A stretch of 64,000 bases of DNA from Synechococcus sp. UW140 (lineage in GTDB: Bacteria; Cyanobacteriota; Cyanobacteriia; PCC-6307; Cyanobiaceae), in contig CALSAP010000015.1 in assembly GCA_943372935.1 (NCBI GenBank), forward strand, positions 1 through 64,000, given 5' to 3'. Position 1 is the first letter of the stretch. Every line of letters begins with the position of its first letter. The translations under genes were made by a program, and so were the position numbers. The notes under the pieces are model-generated. The model saw only the letters and a list, made by a program, of their open reading frames with translations, was not told the DNA's origin and did not search any database. Of this stretch, positions 43,563-53,850 are shown in pieces.

Positions 43563-46238
43563 TCAGTCCAGGACCGACTGCAGTTGCTTTCGAGCCTGCT
43601 CCAGCGCCCCATCCAGCGCCGCCCCGTCGCGCCCCCCCGCCTGGGCCAGCTGGGGACGGCCGCCGCCGCCGCCGCCACAGAGTTTGGCGATGCCACCGAC
43701 GAAGGCGCCCGCCTTCAGCCCGGCCGCCACCACCGTCCCACCGAAGGCCGCCACCAGCATCACCTTGCCCAGATCCCCTGGATCCGGCAGACCACCGAGC
43801 ACCACGGCCGCCCCCTCACCGAGCTGCTGCTGCAGGCGCTGGGCCGCCTCCTGGAGTCCGGCCCCGTCCACCCCATCGAGGCGCTGCACCAGCAGCCGAT
43901 AGGGGCCGAACGCTTCGGCCCGCTCCGCAAGGGCACTGGCCTTGGCCACCGCCAAAGCGCCGCGCGCTGCCACCAGCTCCTTGGCGGTGGCCCGCAGCTC
44001 ATCGGCCTGGGCGGCGACACGTTCAAGGATCTCGCCGGGCTGGGCCTTGAAGCGATCAGCCAGCTCCCGAACCACCCGGTCGCGCTCCCGCAGGTAAGGC
44101 AGCAGGGCGGGACCGGCCACCGCCTCGATGCGGCGGATCCCCGCCGCCACGCCCGTCTCGGCGATGATCCGGAACAGGCCGATCTCAGCGGTGTTGGCCA
44201 CATGGGTGCCGCCGCAGAGCTCCATCGAGACACCGGGGACATCCACCACCCGAACGACCTCGCCGTACTTCTCACCGAACATCGCCACGGCTCCGGATGC
44301 TCGGGCCTGCTCCAGGTCCATCTCCTCCACCTCCAGGGGATGGGCCTCGGCGATCCAGCCGTTGACCAGGTCCTCGATCTGCTCCAGTTCGGCCGGGGTG
44401 AGGGCCCGGGGGCAATGGACGTCGAAGCGCAGCCGGTCGAAGTCCACCAGAGATCCCGCCTGGGTGATGCCGTCATCGACGACTTGCTTGAGGGCCGCCT
44501 GCAGGAGATGGGTGGCGGTGTGGTGGGCCTGGGCGCGGCGGCGGCAGCTGCGATCCACCCGTGCCTGCACCACCTGGCCCACCACCAGACTGCCGCGCTC
44601 GACGCGGCCGCCGTGCACGAACACGCTGCGGTTGCGGCTCACGGCGTCGATGGGCACGATCAGACCGGCCTCAAGGCCGGCCTCCGCCTCGCCGGCCAGC
44701 AGCACGCCCCGGTCGCCCACCTGGCCACCGGATTCGCCATAGAACGGCGTGCTGTCCAGCACGATCTGCACCGCATCACCGGCGCCAGCGACGGTGGCCG
44801 GTTCGCCGTTCACCACCAGGGCCAGCACACAGGCCGGCTGGTCGAGGGCCTCGTAGCCACGGAAGTCGGTCGGCTCGAGGGCACCGGCCACCTGATCGAT
44901 CGCGCCCTGCAGGGTGAGATCGATGCTCACGGCCGCAGCCTTGGCCCGCTGCCGCTGCCTCTCCATGGCCGCCTCGAAGCCGTCCAGATCGACTCTCAGG
45001 CCATGCTCTTCGGCGATCTCCTCGGTGAGCTCCAAGGGGAAACCGTAGGTGTCGTAGAGCTCGAAGGCCGCATCGCCACTGATGCACTCCGGCCGGGCGG
45101 CGAGCACCTCGGCCAGCAGCTTCTCGCCCCGCTCCAGGGTTTCCAGGAAGCGGGCCTCCTCCCGCACCAGTTCAGCCAGGATCACCTCCCGCCGCACCAG
45201 CAACTGCGGGTAGGCCGCCGCCATCAGGGCGATCGCCGCCTCCCCCATCGCTACCAGGAAGGGGCGGTCGATGCCCAGCAAGCGGCCATGGCGCACCACC
45301 CGGCGCAGCAGGCGGCGCAGCACGTAGCCACGGCCGAGGTTGGAGGCGGTCACCCCATCGGCGATCAGCTGGGTGATGGCCCGGCTGTGGTCGCCGATCA
45401 CCTTGAGCGACGTCTGGCCACGGTCATCAAGGGCGGGGTAGTCCAGCCCCGCCAGCGCAGCGGCCGTCTCGATCAGGGGATAGATGAGGTCGGTTTCGTA
45501 GTTGTTCGGAACCTTCTGAAGGATCTGGGCCATGCGCTCGAGGCCCATGCCGGTGTCGATGCTGCGCCGGGCCAGGGGCGTGAGGGTGCCGGCCGCGTCG
45601 CGGTTGTACTGCATGAACACCAGGTTGTAGAACTCGATGAAGCGGCCGTCGTCCTCCAGGTCGATGGCTTCATCGCCCTGTTCGGGGTGGAAGTCGTAGT
45701 AGATCTCCGAGCAGGGGCCACAGGGGCCGGTGGGGCCTGAGGCCCAGAAGTTGTCGGCCTCATCCATGCGGATGATCCGCTTCGGATCCACCCCCACGCT
45801 GTCCCGCCAGATCGCAGCCGCTTCGTCGTCGTCCCGGAAGACACTGACCACGAGGTGGGCCGGATCGAGGCCGAACACCTCGGTGATCAGCTCCCAGGCC
45901 CAGCGGATGGCCTGCTCCTTGAAATAGTCGCCGAAGGAGAAGTTCCCCAGCATCTCGAAGAACGTGTGATGCCGGGCGGTGCGGCCCACGTTCTCGATGT
46001 CGTTGGTACGAATGCACTTCTGGCTGCTGGTGGCCCGGGGCGCCGGTGGCGCCGCCTGGCCGAGGAACACCGGCTTGAACGGCAGCATGCCGGCGATCGT
46101 GAGCAGCACCGTGGGGTCGTCCGGCACCAGGGAGGCACTCGCCATCAACCGGTGGCCACGCCCTTGGTAGAACGACAGGAAGGCGTCACGGATCTCGGCC
46201 CCGCGGCGAGGCGTGGGGAGGGTGGGGTCGGCAGCCAT
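43563..46238 (-). CDS. alaS: Alanine--tRNA ligase
   Basis: 891 aa from the Met at 46236-46238 (MAADPTLPTPRRGAEIRDAFLSFYQ...). Class II aaRS motifs, FFEMLGNFSFGDYFK, an editing domain and a C-terminal DHHA1-like region. The ORF-track extension to 46451 and the antisense ORF 43584..45740 are rejected. Confidence 0.95.
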   Translation of the reverse strand: MAADPTLPTPRRGAEIRDAFLSFYQGRGHRLMASASLVPDDPTVLLTIAGMLPFKPVFLGQAAPPAPRATSSQKCIRTNDIENVGRTARHHTFFEMLGNFSFGDYFKEQAIRWAWELITEVFGLDPAHLVVSVFRDDDEAAAIWRDSVGVDPKRIIRMDEADNFWASGPTGPCGPCSEIYYDFHPEQGDEAIDLEDDGRFIEFYNLVFMQYNRDAAGTLTPLARRSIDTGMGLERMAQILQKVPNNYETDLIYPLIETAAALAGLDYPALDDRGQTSLKVIGDHSRAITQLIADGVTASNLGRGYVLRRLLRRVVRHGRLLGIDRPFLVAMGEAAIALMAAAYPQLLVRREVILAELVREEARFLETLERGEKLLAEVLAARPECISGDAAFELYDTYGFPLELTEEIAEEHGLRVDLDGFEAAMERQRQRAKAAAVSIDLTLQGAIDQVAGALEPTDFRGYEALDQPACVLALVVNGEPATVAGAGDAVQIVLDSTPFYGESGGQVGDRGVLLAGEAEAGLEAGLIVPIDAVSRNRSVFVHGGRVERGSLVVGQVVQARVDRSCRRRAQAHHTATHLLQAALKQVVDDGITQAGSLVDFDRLRFDVHCPRALTPAELEQIEDLVNGWIAEAHPLEVEEMDLEQARASGAVAMFGEKYGEVVRVVDVPGVSMELCGGTHVANTAEIGLFRIIAETGVAAGIRRIEAVAGPALLPYLRERDRVVRELADRFKAQPGEILERVAAQADELRATAKELVAARGALAVAKASALAERAEAFGPYRLLVQRLDGVDGAGLQEAAQRLQQQLGEGAAVVLGGLPDPGDLGKVMLVAAFGGTVVAAGLKAGAFVGGIAKLCGGGGGGRPQLAQAGGRDGAALDGALEQARKQLQSVLD

Positions 46239-46303
46239 CACGGGAACGCAGGGAGATGTCCTGGCACAGGCATGATCGCCCAGCGCCGGAGCGCGGCGGG
46301 CGC

Positions 46304-48199
46304 TCAGTAGTGCTCCATCAGGGTGAGCTGGACGCTCGTTTGGCTGAGCTTGGCGCCGATGTCGCAGGTGAGCGCCTTGAGCAGGGCGATCACCACGTCC
46401 GGATGGCTGGCACTGAGGGCCTCGAAGTCGCTGCGGTGCAACACCCAGCACTCACCAGGCCGGGTGGCGATGATGTCGGCGGTGCGCGGCGTCTGGGCCA
46501 CGAAGCCGATCTCGCCGAAGCAGAGACCCGGGCCGAAGGTGGCCAGCCGGGTGGAATGGCTAAGGCCGTCGCCGGTCTTGATGTCGAGGGCGATGTCGAA
46601 GGAGCCGGAACGCACCAGGAACAGCTCATCGCCGGGATCACCCCGGCGGATGACGAAATCCCCGGCCGCGAAGGATCGTCTGGCCATGCGATCCACCAGG
46701 ATCCGCCGATGCTCCTCGCTCAGGGGCGCCAGAAAGCCCTGCTCACCGAGGTCGTCGCCATGGACCGGTGCGCCCGCAGCGGCCTGGGGGTCGTACCACG
46801 ACAGGAGCAGCTCCTCGGCGGCCTCCAGGGCCGAATCCAGATGCTCGTAGGCGTCGATGCGATCGGTGATGGCCCAGTCCGGCTTCGAGACCAGGGGCAA
46901 TCGGCCGGCACGGGAGAGCAGAATCTCGACCCCATTGTCCTCCAGTGAACAGAGCTGGCGGTCCAGCAGATCGGAGGATTCCATCGGGCACTCGGTCACG
47001 TGGGCCAGGTCGAGGATGAGGATGCGAACGTCGTTGCTGAGCCGCACCAGTTCAGAGGCCAGCTGCTCGATGCCGCCGAAATCGAGCACCCCCTGCACGT
47101 GGATGATGCGTACCTTGTCCCGGTGGGGCGCCAGGACCTCCAGCTCCCGGTCGCTGCGCCAGCGACGCGATTTTCGCTGGGACCCCTGGTAGGAACGGCG
47201 AATGGTGGCATCGGCCTGGAAGTACTGGTTGAACAGGCTCAGGCCCACCCCCACCGACAACTGACGGCAGACCGCCACCCCCCGGACGCTGTTGCCGAAG
47301 TTGTCGAGGGGCGGAGAGTAGGTGGCGATGCCGAGCCGTCCCGGAATCACCGCCAGCACACCACCCGCGACCCCGCTCTTGGCCGGAATGCCGACGTCAT
47401 GGAGCCACTGGCCGGCGAAGTCGTACATGCCGCAGGTGCCCATCAGGGCCAGCACCCGAACGGTGATGTCGTAGGTCAGCGGCTGACCGCCGGTGAAGGG
47501 ATTGCGTCCCTGGCAGGCCAGGGTGGCGGCCATCACGGCCAGGTCACGGCAGGTGACGGAGATGGCGCACTGGCGGAAATAGAGATCGAGGGCCGGTTCC
47601 GGATCCGACTCGATGATGTTGAAGTTGCGTAGCAGATGGCCGATGGCGCGGTTGCGGTGGCCCGTTTCCCTTTCCGAGCGGTAGACGTCTTGATTGATCG
47701 TCAGGCGCCGGCCGGCCAGCGATTCGAAGTAGTCCAGCAGCAGATCGACGGCACCGCTGGGATCGGCGTCACAGATCTGGGCGGAGGCGGCGATCGCCCC
47801 GGCATTGATCATCGGATTGCGCGGCTTGCCCGAGTCCGGATCCAGGCTGATGGCGTTGAAGGCTTCCCCTGAAGGCTCCACGTCAATCTTGCTGGCCATG
47901 AAGTCGAACGAAAGCGTCTTCAGCGCCAGTGCATAGATGAAGGGCTTGGAGATCGACTGGATCGTGAACTCCTTCCTGGTGTCGCCGATCTCATAGATCC
48001 GCCCCCCCGATGTGGCGATGACGATGCCGAAATCATCGGGGCAGGCCTTGGCCAGCTCGGGGATGTAGTCGGCCACCCGACCCTCCTTGAGCCCGGAAAA
48101 GGACGCGTGCAGCTCGCCCAGCAACTCCTGGATGACGTTGGCATGGCGATCGGCACCCGGCCGCTGCGGCAGGTCGTCGTCCCGGAGATGGTCAGGCAT
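46304..48199 (-). CDS. glsA: Glutaminase A fused to STAS and cyclic-nucleotide-binding domains
   Basis: Serine-dependent glutaminase core (IPELAKA...SISKPFIYALAL...NPMINAGAI...), then a STAS-like block (IIHVQGVLDFGGIEQLASELVRL...RILILDLAHVTE) and a cNMP-binding domain (LCFGEIGFVAQTPRTADIIATRPGECWVL). Confidence 0.85.
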   Translation of the reverse strand: MPDHLRDDDLPQRPGADRHANVIQELLGELHASFSGLKEGRVADYIPELAKACPDDFGIVIATSGGRIYEIGDTRKEFTIQSISKPFIYALALKTLSFDFMASKIDVEPSGEAFNAISLDPDSGKPRNPMINAGAIAASAQICDADPSGAVDLLLDYFESLAGRRLTINQDVYRSERETGHRNRAIGHLLRNFNIIESDPEPALDLYFRQCAISVTCRDLAVMAATLACQGRNPFTGGQPLTYDITVRVLALMGTCGMYDFAGQWLHDVGIPAKSGVAGGVLAVIPGRLGIATYSPPLDNFGNSVRGVAVCRQLSVGVGLSLFNQYFQADATIRRSYQGSQRKSRRWRSDRELEVLAPHRDKVRIIHVQGVLDFGGIEQLASELVRLSNDVRILILDLAHVTECPMESSDLLDRQLCSLEDNGVEILLSRAGRLPLVSKPDWAITDRIDAYEHLDSALEAAEELLLSWYDPQAAAGAPVHGDDLGEQGFLAPLSEEHRRILVDRMARRSFAAGDFVIRRGDPGDELFLVRSGSFDIALDIKTGDGLSHSTRLATFGPGLCFGEIGFVAQTPRTADIIATRPGECWVLHRSDFEALSASHPDVVIALLKALTCDIGAKLSQTSVQLTLMEHY

Positions 48200-48288
48200 T
48201 AGGTAACGACAGATACCAGAAATTGGGCACGCTTGCTTGGCCCATCACCCACCATGGCAGCGGCAGGTGTGACGACGGACGGCATCCT

Positions 48289-50040
48289 TCACGGGACGCG
48301 TTGTTCGGGGACCAGCAGCGCGTCCAAATCCACTGGATCGATCTGGTCGGGGGCCAGAAATCGCTTCGCATAGGTGAGGTAGACCCCGGATCGCAGGAAG
48401 AGATCGAAAAGGTCCGCATCGATGCGGCCACGATCCCGCAGGCCGGCCAGGATCGCCAGCGCCTGGGACAGGGGCATGCCGCGTTTGTAGGGGCGGTCGG
48501 CGGCGGTGAGGGCCTCGAAGATGTCCGCAATGGCCAGAATCCGGGCCGGGATCGACAGCTGCTCCGCCGTCAGTCCCCTCGGGTAACCGCGGCCATCCAG
48601 GGTTTCATGGTGGGCCCCGGCGATCTCCGCGACACGGTCCATCGACGGGGGAAAGGCCATGCTCTCCAGCATCACGATCGTGTGGATCATGTGCTCGCGG
48701 ATCTTGTAGATCTCCTCCGGGGTGAGCGTGCCCCTGGCCACGGAGAGGTTGTAGAGCTCGCCACGGTTGTAGAGCAACTCCGGCACCGCCAGGTTGAAGC
48801 CCCAACTGGACTCGGGCACGTCGGCGGCGGGCCTGGGCAGGCGGTGGTGGGGGGCATCACTGAGCAGGGTTTCGGGGGCTGGCAGGGGCACCGGCGGGCC
48901 GCTGTGTCTGGCCTGCTCCTCCCAGCCCAGGCCCTGCCGGTCGTCGAAATGGCGCCACCAGCGGCGCACAGCCAGCTGCTGAAGCTGGGCGAGGTCCCCA
49001 GGGTCGGTGCCCTCACTGCCCAGATTGCAGCGGGCCACGCAGGCGAAATCCCGCTGCAACTCCTGCTCCAGTTGGGCAAAGTCCCGCTGCAGGGTTTCCG
49101 CGTCACCGCCCGCCAGCAAGCCCTCGAGCATGGCGATGCGCCCATCCCGCAGCAGCACCTCAAAGCGGGTGCGGATCTCATGGATCCGGTTGGTCGGGGC
49201 GTCCAGCTTGGTGGCCTTCTCCACCACGGCTTCGGGGGTGACGAGCTTGCCGCAGTCGTGCAGCCAGGCCGCCGTGCGGAACTCCCGCCGCTCCGCCTCC
49301 CCCCGGAAGCGGAAGGCCGCCAGCGGCCCCGCCTCGATGGCTTCCGCCGCCTCCGCCAGCAGCAGCGCCAACTCCGGCACCCGGCAACAGTGCTGGCCGG
49401 TGTGGGCGCTGCGGGCATCGATCGCTCCGGCCAGCAGGGCGATCATCGAATCGATCTGTTGCTGCTGCCCTTCCAGGGCCTGGGCCCGCTCGACACAGAC
49501 GGCCGCCAAGGCCGCCAGGGCCTCGATCAACTGCTGGTCGCCGGCGTCGTAGGGACGCACCAGCGCCGCCGCCGTCTCGGGGGTGAGCAGGGAGGAGGAC
49601 TCCCGCTTCCTGTTGATCAGCTGCATCACACCCAGCACGTCTCCGGCCATGGTCCGCAGCGGCACCACCAGCATCGACACCGCCCGATAACCCGTGCGGC
49701 GATCAAGCGTGGCGTCGAAGTGATAGGGACGATCGGGCGGAATCGCATACACGTCCGGCAGGTTGAGCACATCGCCATGCAGGGCCGACCAGCCGACAAG
49801 GCGCTCGGGAGTGATCGGGAAGCGCACATCCAGGAGGCCCGAATCGATGCCGGCCCCGCGGGCCGCCAGGGAGCTGTTCTGGAAGGCCGTGAACCAGAGG
49901 CGTCTCTCCCCCTTCTCCTCCTCCACCAGGTAGATGCTGCCGGCATCGCTGAGGGTGAGATCTCTGGCGCTGGAGAGGATCTGTCGCAGCAGGGCGGGAA
50001 GGTTCAGTGCACCGCTGATGGCCGTCGCGATCTGGAGCAT
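48289..50040 (-). CDS. GAF-domain / HD-GYP-domain protein (putative cyclic-di-GMP phosphodiesterase)
   Basis: N-terminal GAF (LQIATAISGALNLPALLRQILSSARDLTLSDAGSIYLV...). HD motif (AAWLHDCGK) and GYP motif (HHETLDGRGYPRGL). The start is uncertain (50040 vs 50142 vs 50292); 50040 is preferred because it opens the GAF domain and avoids a divergent overlap. Confidence 0.8.
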   Translation of the reverse strand: MLQIATAISGALNLPALLRQILSSARDLTLSDAGSIYLVEEEKGERRLWFTAFQNSSLAARGAGIDSGLLDVRFPITPERLVGWSALHGDVLNLPDVYAIPPDRPYHFDATLDRRTGYRAVSMLVVPLRTMAGDVLGVMQLINRKRESSSLLTPETAAALVRPYDAGDQQLIEALAALAAVCVERAQALEGQQQQIDSMIALLAGAIDARSAHTGQHCCRVPELALLLAEAAEAIEAGPLAAFRFRGEAERREFRTAAWLHDCGKLVTPEAVVEKATKLDAPTNRIHEIRTRFEVLLRDGRIAMLEGLLAGGDAETLQRDFAQLEQELQRDFACVARCNLGSEGTDPGDLAQLQQLAVRRWWRHFDDRQGLGWEEQARHSGPPVPLPAPETLLSDAPHHRLPRPAADVPESSWGFNLAVPELLYNRGELYNLSVARGTLTPEEIYKIREHMIHTIVMLESMAFPPSMDRVAEIAGAHHETLDGRGYPRGLTAEQLSIPARILAIADIFEALTAADRPYKRGMPLSQALAILAGLRDRGRIDADLFDLFLRSGVYLTYAKRFLAPDQIDPVDLDALLVPEQRVP

Positions 50041-50209
50041 CTCCGGCAGGGCACGCCTCGCCTGGTGGGCGTCGGAGGCGTGCGGTGGCGGATGGGCGGC
50101 GCTCAAGATGGTGGCCTGCCGGAATGGAGCTCCCTGGCACATCCATGGCCGTGAACGGAACGACGCCCGATGACCGGCCAGGGGTCGGAGAAAGGCTGAG
50201 AAAAGGTCT

Positions 50210-50740
50210 GTGCTGGTTGAACCGCTGGCATGGCCAGCCTCACTGGATAATGTAAGCCTGCCGATGGCCAGGCATGATCGGGCCATCGCCAAGGCCTTGC
50301 CGTTGACCCAGGCGTCCGACGATTCCCGTGCCCGTCTGCGGCTGCAGTCCCTGTCGTGGGCGCTGCTGGGCGGTCTGGCCGCCGCCCTGATCGGGCTGCC
50401 GGCCGGCCTCGACAGCGGACTGCGGTCGGCGGGCTGTGGCTTCTTCTACGGTCTGCTGGCCTTCCACCTGCAGCGGGTCGATCCCGACGACGAGCACCTG
50501 GCCGCCGGCCTGGTGGGGGCGGTGTGCGGGATCCGCAGCCTGGGGGGACCCGTCCTGATCACCTCCCTGGCCCTGCCCGTTCCCGAGATCCACTCCCTGC
50601 TCCACCAGCCCCTGGCGCACAGCGCCATGGCGGCGATCATCGAGCTGATGCGCGGCTGGTTGCCGCTCTGGCTTCCCCTGATCGGCAGCGCCCTGCTGCT
50701 GAGGGGCGCCCAACGTCTGCTGCCCGCCTTGCGGCCATGA
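50210..50740 (+). CDS. Hypothetical small membrane protein
   Basis: Hydrophobic segments (LSWALLGGLAAALIGLPAGL...; LPLWLPLIGSALLL). The stop overlaps the start of the SNF2 gene (ATGA at 50737-50740). The start is uncertain (50210 or 50264). Confidence 0.35.
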   Translation: MLVEPLAWPASLDNVSLPMARHDRAIAKALPLTQASDDSRARLRLQSLSWALLGGLAAALIGLPAGLDSGLRSAGCGFFYGLLAFHLQRVDPDDEHLAAGLVGAVCGIRSLGGPVLITSLALPVPEIHSLLHQPLAHSAMAAIIELMRGWLPLWLPLIGSALLLRGAQRLLPALRP

Positions 50741-53700
50741 GCCTCCTGCACGCCACCTGGCTGTTTCCTCCCGAAGGGGCCGGGGGCCGACTGCTGCTCT
50801 GGGCCGACACCTGGCGTGTCGCCACACCGGTGGCGCCGCTGCGCACCGTTCCCGACCATCCCCTGTCCCTCAGCGTCGACGATCTGGGCGCCTGGCTCGA
50901 TGACCATGGCCTGTGGTCGGAGGCCTTCCGCCCGGCGGAGGCCCTGCTCACCCTGCCCAGCCGCAGCCAGGGGGCCCGCGGCCGCCGCAAGGCCGCCAGT
51001 GAGGGGCTGGCGGCCTGGAGCGGCCTGCCGCTGCAGGCGGGCGAGCCGATCCCGAAGGAGGTGCAGTGGTGGCCCTGGCGGGTGGAGGGGCTGGCCCTTG
51101 ATCCCGCTGGGGCCGGCGACTGGCTCGCCGGGCTGCCCCTGTCGGGCGACGATCCCGGGCTGGCGGACGATCTGCGCTGGTGGAGCCACCTGGAGCGCTG
51201 GGCCCTGAGCCTGATCGCCCGGGGCCGCTGGTTGCCCCAGGTGGAGGAGGACCGGGCCCGCTGGCTGCCCCTGCTCAACCGGGAGGGGGACCGGCGGCGG
51301 CTGGAAGAACTGGCCATCCGCCTGCCCCAGGTGGCCACCTGTGCCATGGCCGCCGGGGCCACCGGGGACGGGGCCCTGGCCTGCCGCCGACCCGGCAGCG
51401 GCCGGCTACGGGTGGCCAGCCTGCTGGAGGCCCTCCTCGATGGCCAGCTGCGCAGCGGTTTCCGGCCCGGGGCCGAGGGCCTGGATCCCCTGCTGGGGGC
51501 CTGGCAGAAGGCCCTGGGCCCCGGCCCCGGCCGGCTCGAGCTGGACGAGGAGGAGCGGGAGCGGCTGGCCGTGGCCACCCAGCACTGGCGCGAAGCCGTG
51601 GCAGGGCGCGTGGCGCCGGCCAGGACCTGCCTGGAGCTGTTCACCCCCGAGGAGGGCGAAGAGCTCTGGGAACTGCGCTTCTCCCTGCAGGCGGAGGCCG
51701 ATCCCAGCCTGCGCATGCCGGCCCGCACCGTCTGGAATGCGGGCGACGGCAGGCTGCAACTGGGCGAAGTGGAGGTGGCCGAACCGGGCCAGCTGCTGCT
51801 GGAGGGCATGGGCCGGGCCCTGCAGGTGTTCGAACCGATCGGACGGGGTCTGGATGCGGCAGCTCCCGAAACCATGCAGCTCACGCCAGCCGAAGCGTTC
51901 GTGCTGGTGCGCACCGCCGCCACCCAGCTGCGCGACGTCGGCGTGGGCGTGGTGCTGCCCGCCAGCCTCAGTGGCGGCCTGGCCAGTCGGCTGGGCCTCT
52001 CGATCGAAGCCGAGCTGCCCGAGCGCTCCCGCGGCTTCTCCCTGGGGGAAAGCCTTGAGTGGAAGTGGGAACTGATGATCGGCGGCGTCACGCTGACGCT
52101 GAAGGACCTTGAGCGCCTCTCCGCCAAGCGCAGCCCGCTGGTGCAGCACAAGGGGGCCTGGATCGAGCTGCGCCCCAGCGATCTCAAGAACGCCGAGCGC
52201 TTCTGCGCCGCCGATCCCAACCTCAGCCTCGACGATGCCCTGCGGCTGACCGCCAGCGACGGCGACACCATGATGCGACTGCCGGTGCATCGCTTCACCG
52301 CCGGGCCCAGGCTGCACGCCGTTCTGGAGCAGTACCACCAGCAGAAAGCCCCGGACCCCCTGCCGGCACCGGAGGGCTTCGCTGGCCAGCTGCGGCCCTA
52401 CCAGGAGAGGGGCCTGGGCTGGCTGGCCTTCCTGCACCGCTTCGACCAGGGGGCCTGCCTGGCCGACGACATGGGCCTGGGCAAGACGGTGCAGCTGCTG
52501 GCCTTCCTGCAGCACCTCAAGGTGGAGCAGGAGCTGAAGCGTCCTGTCCTGCTGGTGGCCCCCACCTCGGTGCTGACCAACTGGAAGCGGGAGGCGGCGG
52601 GCTTCACGCCGGATCTGGAGGTGCGCGAGCACTACGGCCCGCGCCGACCGTCCACCCCTGAAAAGCTGGCCAAGGCCCTGGACGGGGTGGACCTGGTGCT
52701 CACCAGCTACGGACTGCTGCAGCGCGACAGCGAACTGCTGGAGAGCATCGACTGGCAGGGCATGGTGATCGACGAAGCCCAGGCGATCAAGAACCCATCG
52801 GCCAAGCAGAGCCAGGCGGCCCGCGACCTGGCCCGCCCCGGCAAGCAGGGGCGCTTCCGCATCGCCCTCACCGGCACGCCCGTGGAGAACAGGGTGAGCG
52901 AGCTGTGGGCCCTGATGGACTTCCTCAACCCCCGGGTGCTGGGGGAGGAGGGTTTCTTCCGCCAGCGCTACCGCCTGCCGATCGAGCGCTACGGCGACAT
53001 GAGCTCCCTGCGGGACCTCAAGGCCCGGGTCGGGCCCTTCATCCTGCGGCGGCTCAAGACCGACCGTTCGATCATCTCCGACCTGCCCGAGAAGGTGGAG
53101 TTGCGCGAGTGGGTGGGCCTGTCGGCGGAGCAGACGAAGCTCTACCGCCAGACCGTGGACGACAGCCTCGACGCCATCGCCCGCGCGCCCCTGGGCCAGC
53201 GCCATGGCCAGGTGCTGGCCCTGCTCACCCGCCTGAAGCAGATCTGCAACCACCCTGCCCTGGCCTTGAAAGAGGGCCGGGTGGACAACGGCTTCGCCGG
53301 CCGCAGCGCCAAACTGCTGCGCCTGGAGGAGATCCTTGAGGAGGTGATCGAGGCGGGCGATCGCGCCCTGCTGTTCACCCAGTTCGCCGAATGGGGGCAC
53401 CTGCTCAAGGCCTACCTGGAACAGCGCTGGCGCCAGGACGTTCCCTTCCTCCATGGCGGCAGCAGCAAGACCGACCGGCAGGCGATGGTGGACCGCTTCC
53501 AGGAGGATCCCCGCGGTCCCCAGCTGTTCCTGCTGTCGCTCAAGGCCGGCGGCGTTGGCCTCAACCTGACCCGGGCCAGCCACGTCTTCCACATCGACCG
53601 CTGGTGGAACCCCGCTGTGGAGAACCAGGCCACCGACCGGGCCTACCGGATCGGCCAGACCAACCGGGTGCTGGTGCACAAGTTCATCACCAGCGGTTCG

Positions 53701-53838
53701 GTGGAGGAGAAGATCGACCGCATGATCGAGGAGAAATCCAAGCTGGCCGCCGACATCGTCGGCAGCGGCGAGGAATGGCTCGGAGGCTTCGACGTGGGCC
53801 AGCTCCGGGATCTGGTGGCCCTGGAGGACGGGCCCTGA
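50737..53838 (+). CDS. SNF2/RapA-family helicase with a long N-terminal extension
   Basis: SNF2 N-terminal ATPase motifs (LADDMGLGKTVQLL...LLVAPTSVLTNW...DEAQAIKN) and a helicase C domain (LFLLSLKAGGVGLNLTRASHVFHIDRWWNPAVENQATDRAYRIGQ). The antisense ORF 51406..53679 is rejected. Confidence 0.85.
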   Translation: MSLLHATWLFPPEGAGGRLLLWADTWRVATPVAPLRTVPDHPLSLSVDDLGAWLDDHGLWSEAFRPAEALLTLPSRSQGARGRRKAASEGLAAWSGLPLQAGEPIPKEVQWWPWRVEGLALDPAGAGDWLAGLPLSGDDPGLADDLRWWSHLERWALSLIARGRWLPQVEEDRARWLPLLNREGDRRRLEELAIRLPQVATCAMAAGATGDGALACRRPGSGRLRVASLLEALLDGQLRSGFRPGAEGLDPLLGAWQKALGPGPGRLELDEEERERLAVATQHWREAVAGRVAPARTCLELFTPEEGEELWELRFSLQAEADPSLRMPARTVWNAGDGRLQLGEVEVAEPGQLLLEGMGRALQVFEPIGRGLDAAAPETMQLTPAEAFVLVRTAATQLRDVGVGVVLPASLSGGLASRLGLSIEAELPERSRGFSLGESLEWKWELMIGGVTLTLKDLERLSAKRSPLVQHKGAWIELRPSDLKNAERFCAADPNLSLDDALRLTASDGDTMMRLPVHRFTAGPRLHAVLEQYHQQKAPDPLPAPEGFAGQLRPYQERGLGWLAFLHRFDQGACLADDMGLGKTVQLLAFLQHLKVEQELKRPVLLVAPTSVLTNWKREAAGFTPDLEVREHYGPRRPSTPEKLAKALDGVDLVLTSYGLLQRDSELLESIDWQGMVIDEAQAIKNPSAKQSQAARDLARPGKQGRFRIALTGTPVENRVSELWALMDFLNPRVLGEEGFFRQRYRLPIERYGDMSSLRDLKARVGPFILRRLKTDRSIISDLPEKVELREWVGLSAEQTKLYRQTVDDSLDAIARAPLGQRHGQVLALLTRLKQICNHPALALKEGRVDNGFAGRSAKLLRLEEILEEVIEAGDRALLFTQFAEWGHLLKAYLEQRWRQDVPFLHGGSSKTDRQAMVDRFQEDPRGPQLFLLSLKAGGVGLNLTRASHVFHIDRWWNPAVENQATDRAYRIGQTNRVLVHKFITSGSVEEKIDRMIEEKSKLAADIVGSGEEWLGGFDVGQLRDLVALEDGP

Positions 53839-53850
53839 GGGCCTGCCGGA

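Noticed and set aside
43584-45740. 718-aa + strand ORF over alaS
   Set aside because: Antisense to alanyl-tRNA synthetase; no domain content.
46239-46451. Upstream extension of alaS to 46451
   Set aside because: The AlaS N-terminal conservation begins at MAADPTLPTPRRGAEIRDAFLSFYQ (ATG 46236-46238). The extension has no similarity and would overlap the glsA 3' region.
48223-50154. 643-aa + strand ORF over the GAF-HD-GYP gene
   Set aside because: Antisense to a gene with HD and GYP motifs; low-complexity product.
51406-53679. 757-aa minus-strand ORF over the SNF2 helicase, and the 50637..52298 minus-strand ORF
   Set aside because: Antisense to a helicase with intact Walker/SNF2 motifs.
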